From Piedraia hortae CBS 480.64 (Eukaryota): a stretch of 64,000 nt of DNA. Location of the stretch: positions 186,001 through 250,000 of the forward strand of contig MU005961.1 of assembly GCA_010093745.1 (NCBI GenBank). Direction: 5' to 3'. This document shows, in pieces, positions 59,863-64,000 of the stretch; position 1 is the stretch's first letter, and every line of letters begins with the position of its first letter. The position numbers and the translations under genes are program-made. Under the pieces are notes generated by a model. It did not search any database. It was not told the DNA's origin and saw only the letters and a list, made by a program, of their open reading frames with translations.

Positions 59863-62847
59863 ATGCCTCCCCCTCCGCACACCCGTCCTGAGAATGTCCT
59901 CAAGCGGGCTCAAGAGCTCATTGGGGTCGGTCAGCAGCAGGCCGCTCTCTCCATTCTGCACGACCATGCCGCCTCCAAGAGGACGCGCAATAGTACCATT
60001 GCGGCTCTCGAGCCTTTGATGTTCCTTTTCGTCGAGCTTTGCGTCGATCTTCGCAAAGGCAAGCTTGCCAAGGACGGTCTTTACAACTACAAGAACACCA
60101 GTCAAAACACAAATGTTGCGACAATCGAAGTTGTTTTCCGTAAGTTCCTGGATTTGGCTGAGCTGAAAGTGAAGGAAGCGCAAGCCAAGGCAGATGAAGT
60201 GTCTGGAGCTGGCGGATCCCATGAGTCCGACGCTGCCCTGGCTAATGTTGGAGACTTGGAGGCTATGGAAACGCCCGAGTCGATTCTTTTGTCCACGGTA
60301 TCTGGTGAGCTATCTAGAGACCGAACTGACCGCGCCATTGTCACTCCTTGGCTCAAGTTTCTGTGGGAGGCGTATCGCACGGTGCTTGATATTTTGAAGA
60401 ACAATGCGCGACTGGAGGTCATGTATCAGACCACGGCCCATCAGGCCTTTGAATTCTGCAAGCACTACACTCGCAAAACAGAATTTAGGCGCCTCTGTGA
60501 GCTGCTTCGGAACCACCTGCAAAACGCGGCCAAGTACTCTTCAACCCCCCATGCTATCAATCTGAGCGATCCGGAGACGTTGCAGCGTCACCTCGACACC
60601 CGATTTGAGCAGCTCAACGTTGCCGTCGAGCTCGAGCTTTGGCAGGAGGCCTTCAAAAGCGTCGAGGACATTCATAACTTGCTAAACCTGTCTAAACGGC
60701 AGCCCAAGAACTCAATGATGGCCACATACTTTGAGAGGCTTACCCGCATATTCTTGGTGAGTGAGAATTATCTCTTCCACGCGGCCGCATGGAGTCGTTA
60801 CTACAGCCTACTCAACGCCTCTGCTCGTGCTGTTGCAGCCGGCGCTCTCAAAAAGGACAACCCATCCAACATTTCAGAGGCCGATCTGACCAACGCCGCA
60901 ACGTTTGTGCTCCTCTCAGCGTTGTCCATACCCGTCATCAGCACGTCACGCTCCCGCGGTGCGCTCATTGATATCGATGCCGCACGCAACAATACAAATG
61001 CCAGGCTGACCAATCTTCTCTTCATGAGCTCGCCGCCCACGCGCACCATCCTTTTCAAAGATGCGCTGAGCAAAGATATCCTCCAACGCGCACGGCCAGA
61101 GATCAGGAAACTTTACAACATTCTCGAGACCGACTTCCATCCCAAGTCTATCTGCAAGACAGTTGCTCCAATCCTGTCACATATTGGTGCGGACGAGGCG
61201 TTGAAAAAGTATGGTATGCCTCTGCAGCAGGTCATCCTCACCCGCTTGTTCCAGCAGCTGTCGCAAGTGTATACCGATGTGAAGCTCCAGAATGTCCTTG
61301 CCATGGCCCAGTTTCCGGAGCCTTTCCAGGTCAGCGCTGCCATGATTGAGATGTTTATCTTGAACGGCTGCAAAAAGGGTGAATGGTCGATTCGCATAGA
61401 TCACTCCACCGGCGTCTTGACGTTTAACTCGGATGTCTTCTCCTCGTCCAGGGCATTACACCCCGGCTCAGCCACGGGCGCTGCGGAGGGTGACGAAACC
61501 TTTGTCCAACGTCTTCAAAGCACGCCTTCGGAAATTGTGCGTTCGCAGCTGCCCCGACTGTCAAAGGCCCTCTCTGTGGCGGTGCAGTATGTGGACCCGT
61601 CGTACCGCGAGCAGCTTCGTAGTGCCAAAGCAGCAGCTCTGCATAGAGCTGAAGTCGGTGTTGAACAAGAGCACATGGAACTTCTAGCTCGCCGTGACAT
61701 TATTCAAAAGAAGAAGGAGTCCGCTGCGTCTCAGGCCGCCGCTCGTCAGCGCGATGAGGAACAGAAGCGTAAGAGCAGGCAGCAAGAGCAGCAAGCGGCC
61801 GAGGCGGAGCGTCTTGCCCAAGAAACCAAGGAAAGGGAGGAGCGACGTTTGCAAGCCGAGCTCAAGAGGGTTCAGCGCGAGGAAAAAGAGAAACAGTTGA
61901 AGGAGCTGCAGAAAGGAGGTGTCAAGGTAGACATCTCCAAGTTCGATGTGGACGACCTCGACAGCAGCTATATACGTGAGATGAAACTAAAGTTCCTCGA
62001 GCGGGAGAAGAATGAGATGGGAGAACGGGTACGGGTGGCAGCGAAGCGAATGGATCATCTTGAGCGTGCCTACCGGCGTGAGGAAATCAAGCATCTGCCA
62101 GGTGATCAAGCCAAACAGAGAGAGGCAGATCTCAAGGCTTATGAAATTATGAAAGCTGAAAAGCTCGATAGCGCCAAGCAAAAGCATCAGGAGGATGTTG
62201 CACTCAAGAACCGCCTCACCAGGCTTTTCCCAGCTTATGAAAGCTTTAAAAAGACCATTTCGGACCAGCGCCATGCAGACTTTGAAAAGCGACGCAAAGC
62301 GGCCGAGAAGGAGCTGCAGGCCAAGATGGACCAGCGCCGCCGCGAACATCGCGAGCAAAAGGCTGCAGCTAAGCGTTGCGCGCAAGAAGAAGAACGCAAA
62401 CGACGCGAAGAAGAAGAACGAATAGCCAAAGAGGCGGAAGAAGCTGCTCGAGCTGCGGAGCTGAAGAAGGCCGAGGAAGCAGCTGCCAAGGCCGATGCAG
62501 AGAAACGCCGACAAGAGAGGGCTGAAGCAGCCAGACGACAGATGGAGCGTGAGGAGGAAGCTCAAAGAAACCGTCTCCTGCGTAAACAAGAAGCGGCTGC
62601 CTCTTCAAGGCCGCAGCAACCCTCGGCAGCTGCCGGAGTGTCGAGAGGACCACCGCGGCTGCAGCTTCAAGGCCGAGGTGGGGGCACTACGGGGCCAAGT
62701 TGGCGGGAGCGTGACGCAATGAAGGCCCGTGGTGAATTACCTCAGTCTGCAGCGGAGTCCCAGGAACCGAACAAGAAAGCGGACACCAAGCCTGCCGCAT
62801 ACCGTCCTCCGGGAGCTCGGGGAGCAGGCTATAGGGACAAGAAGTGA
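59863..62847 (+). CDS. TIF32: Translation initiation factor eIF3 subunit a
   Basis: [43 protein letters not shown] domain, charged coiled-coil tail. Confidence 0.97.
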   Translation: MPPPPHTRPENVLKRAQELIGVGQQQAALSILHDHAASKRTRNSTIAALEPLMFLFVELCVDLRKGKLAKDGLYNYKNTSQNTNVATIEVVFRKFLDLAELKVKEAQAKADEVSGAGGSHESDAALANVGDLEAMETPESILLSTVSGELSRDRTDRAIVTPWLKFLWEAYRTVLDILKNNARLEVMYQTTAHQAFEFCKHYTRKTEFRRLCELLRNHLQNAAKYSSTPHAINLSDPETLQRHLDTRFEQLNVAVELELWQEAFKSVEDIHNLLNLSKRQPKNSMMATYFERLTRIFLVSENYLFHAAAWSRYYSLLNASARAVAAGALKKDNPSNISEADLTNAATFVLLSALSIPVISTSRSRGALIDIDAARNNTNARLTNLLFMSSPPTRTILFKDALSKDILQRARPEIRKLYNILETDFHPKSICKTVAPILSHIGADEALKKYGMPLQQVILTRLFQQLSQVYTDVKLQNVLAMAQFPEPFQVSAAMIEMFILNGCKKGEWSIRIDHSTGVLTFNSDVFSSSRALHPGSATGAAEGDETFVQRLQSTPSEIVRSQLPRLSKALSVAVQYVDPSYREQLRSAKAAALHRAEVGVEQEHMELLARRDIIQKKKESAASQAAARQRDEEQKRKSRQQEQQAAEAERLAQETKEREERRLQAELKRVQREEKEKQLKELQKGGVKVDISKFDVDDLDSSYIREMKLKFLEREKNEMGERVRVAAKRMDHLERAYRREEIKHLPGDQAKQREADLKAYEIMKAEKLDSAKQKHQEDVALKNRLTRLFPAYESFKKTISDQRHADFEKRRKAAEKELQAKMDQRRREHREQKAAAKRCAQEEERKRREEEERIAKEAEEAARAAELKKAEEAAAKADAEKRRQERAEAARRQMEREEEAQRNRLLRKQEAAASSRPQQPSAAAGVSRGPPRLQLQGRGGGTTGPSWRERDAMKARGELPQSAAESQEPNKKADTKPAAYRPPGARGAGYRDKK

Positions 62848-63414
62848 GGAGCCAGCAGTTTCCGTAGCCAGGTCCATCGCTGTAAACTAAAAGCGTGCAA
62901 ATTGTTGCCATTGGTTCCCAACTAGTTATATCATCATCTTTGATCACTACATGGCTACGTGGTAGACTAAGACGAAGACAGCCCATCTGAAATCGATTCA
63001 TGACATCATGGGCTTATAGCTAGGGTTCACCTTTGGGGAGCCTTTTAGGGTTTGTTAACATCGGCCCGCCAAGACCGTTTGGGGGGAACGGCGGGTTCCG
63101 CGGCGTAAAACTCTCGCACTCCCCCATCAACAACACCACACACGCATACCCATCCCCAACCCACCTGTCTCCCCTCATCTTCGCGTATCGCTCCTTTGCT
63201 CACTCCTTCATCGTCGCTTCGTTGTCATTTCCCATACACGCCTTCTGTTTGCTGCAGCGTAGCGGTTGTTTGATTTTTGCACACCAACGTCCAGAAAGGT
63301 AAGTCTATTGTGGCGTATGCTTCGTAGTGCGCGCTGACAGCCCCGTGAGAGCTTTCATCTTCCAAAGCTTTCTCCGTTTACAACCGACTCCCCACGTATA
63401 TATCTCAAGACATC

Positions 63415-64000
63415 ATGGCGACCGAGGGTTCTGCCTATCCTATGCCGGGGGTCAACGGTCATTCAACACATAATACCGAGCTCGAAAAGCAGCATAGCTA
63501 CTCGCAGTCGACTGCACAGAAGCCTCAGGTCTCCAAGAACGAGGTTGGCTGGTACTTTGTCGAGCAATTCTACACAACCCTCAGTCGCAGCCCGGATAGG
63601 CTCTACCTCTTCTACTCTAAGCAGTCCCAGTTCGTGTCTGGTGAAGAAGCAGAAAAGGTCCAAGTTTGCGTTGGCCAGCGCGCCATCAACGATCGCATTA
63701 AGGAACTCGACCTCCACGACTGCAAGGTCCGTGTGACCAATGTAGACTGCCAGGGTTCCGGCTCCAACATTGTCATTCAAGTCATTGGCGAGATGTCGAA
63801 CCGTTCTTTGCCGCACAAGAAATTCACGCAGACGTTTGTCTTGGCTGAGCAGGTCAATGGCTACTTTGTGCTGAACGACATCTTTCGGTTCCTGGTTGAC
63901 GAGGAGGATGAGGAGCCTGTGGAAGCTGGAGCGGCATCCGAGCCCGCAGTGACGCAGGAAGCGGTGCGGGAGGTGCCTGAGGAGCAGCCGACGACGCAGG
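63415..64000 (+). CDS. NTF2-domain stress-granule protein (G3BP/Nxt3/Bre5-like), runs off the window
   Basis: EVGWYFVEQFYTTL...IVIQVIGEMSN...KFTQTFVLAEQ.NGYFVLNDIFRFL. Probable 5'UTR intron from 63299. Confidence 0.9.
   Translation, partial: MATEGSAYPMPGVNGHSTHNTELEKQHSYSQSTAQKPQVSKNEVGWYFVEQFYTTLSRSPDRLYLFYSKQSQFVSGEEAEKVQVCVGQRAINDRIKELDLHDCKVRVTNVDCQGSGSNIVIQVIGEMSNRSLPHKKFTQTFVLAEQVNGYFVLNDIFRFLVDEEDEEPVEAGAASEPAVTQEAVREVPEEQPTTQ

Noticed and set aside
61987..62589. Long antisense ORFs over eIF3a and other genes
   Set aside because: Shadow frames of GC-rich or low-complexity coding sequence.
63045..63053. TTAGGGTTT as telomeric DNA
   Set aside because: Single unit in a promoter; at most a transcription-factor site.

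Overview
Eukaryotic DNA from a filamentous ascomycete (Pezizomycotina; the proteins look Dothideomycete-like, which is inference). It has GT-AG introns of mostly 41-60 nt with CTRAC branch points and very short intergenic gaps. Two repeat-derived zones: 1-2.1 kb (scrambled LINE and hAT relics) and about 10.9-19.9 kb (a 3.5-kb unit with apparently identical 665-bp inverted arms carrying LINE RNase H, gag-like and pogo fragments, plus a dead pogo transposase). The rest is a dense housekeeping block: YDJ1, MtfA-like TF, DppV, STK16/Env7 kinase, vezatin, EMC6, PCNA, pyridoxal kinase, KEX2, PhoD-like protein, GNAT, MEX67, CDH1, DUF3807, OGG1, LanC-like, LRR protein, PP1, NCS1 permease, tRNA-Val(CAC), PRI2, Pho4/NUC-1, G-protein gamma, eIF3a and partial G3BP/NXT3. 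Best leads: (1) a candidate miniaturised telomerase RNA in the gene-free gap at 21.65-22.35 kb; (2) a Mex67 that appears to lack the whole NTF2-like domain and carries an unusually long structured intron; (3) the long-inverted-repeat cargo element. All calls were made by eye, without database searches or folding software.
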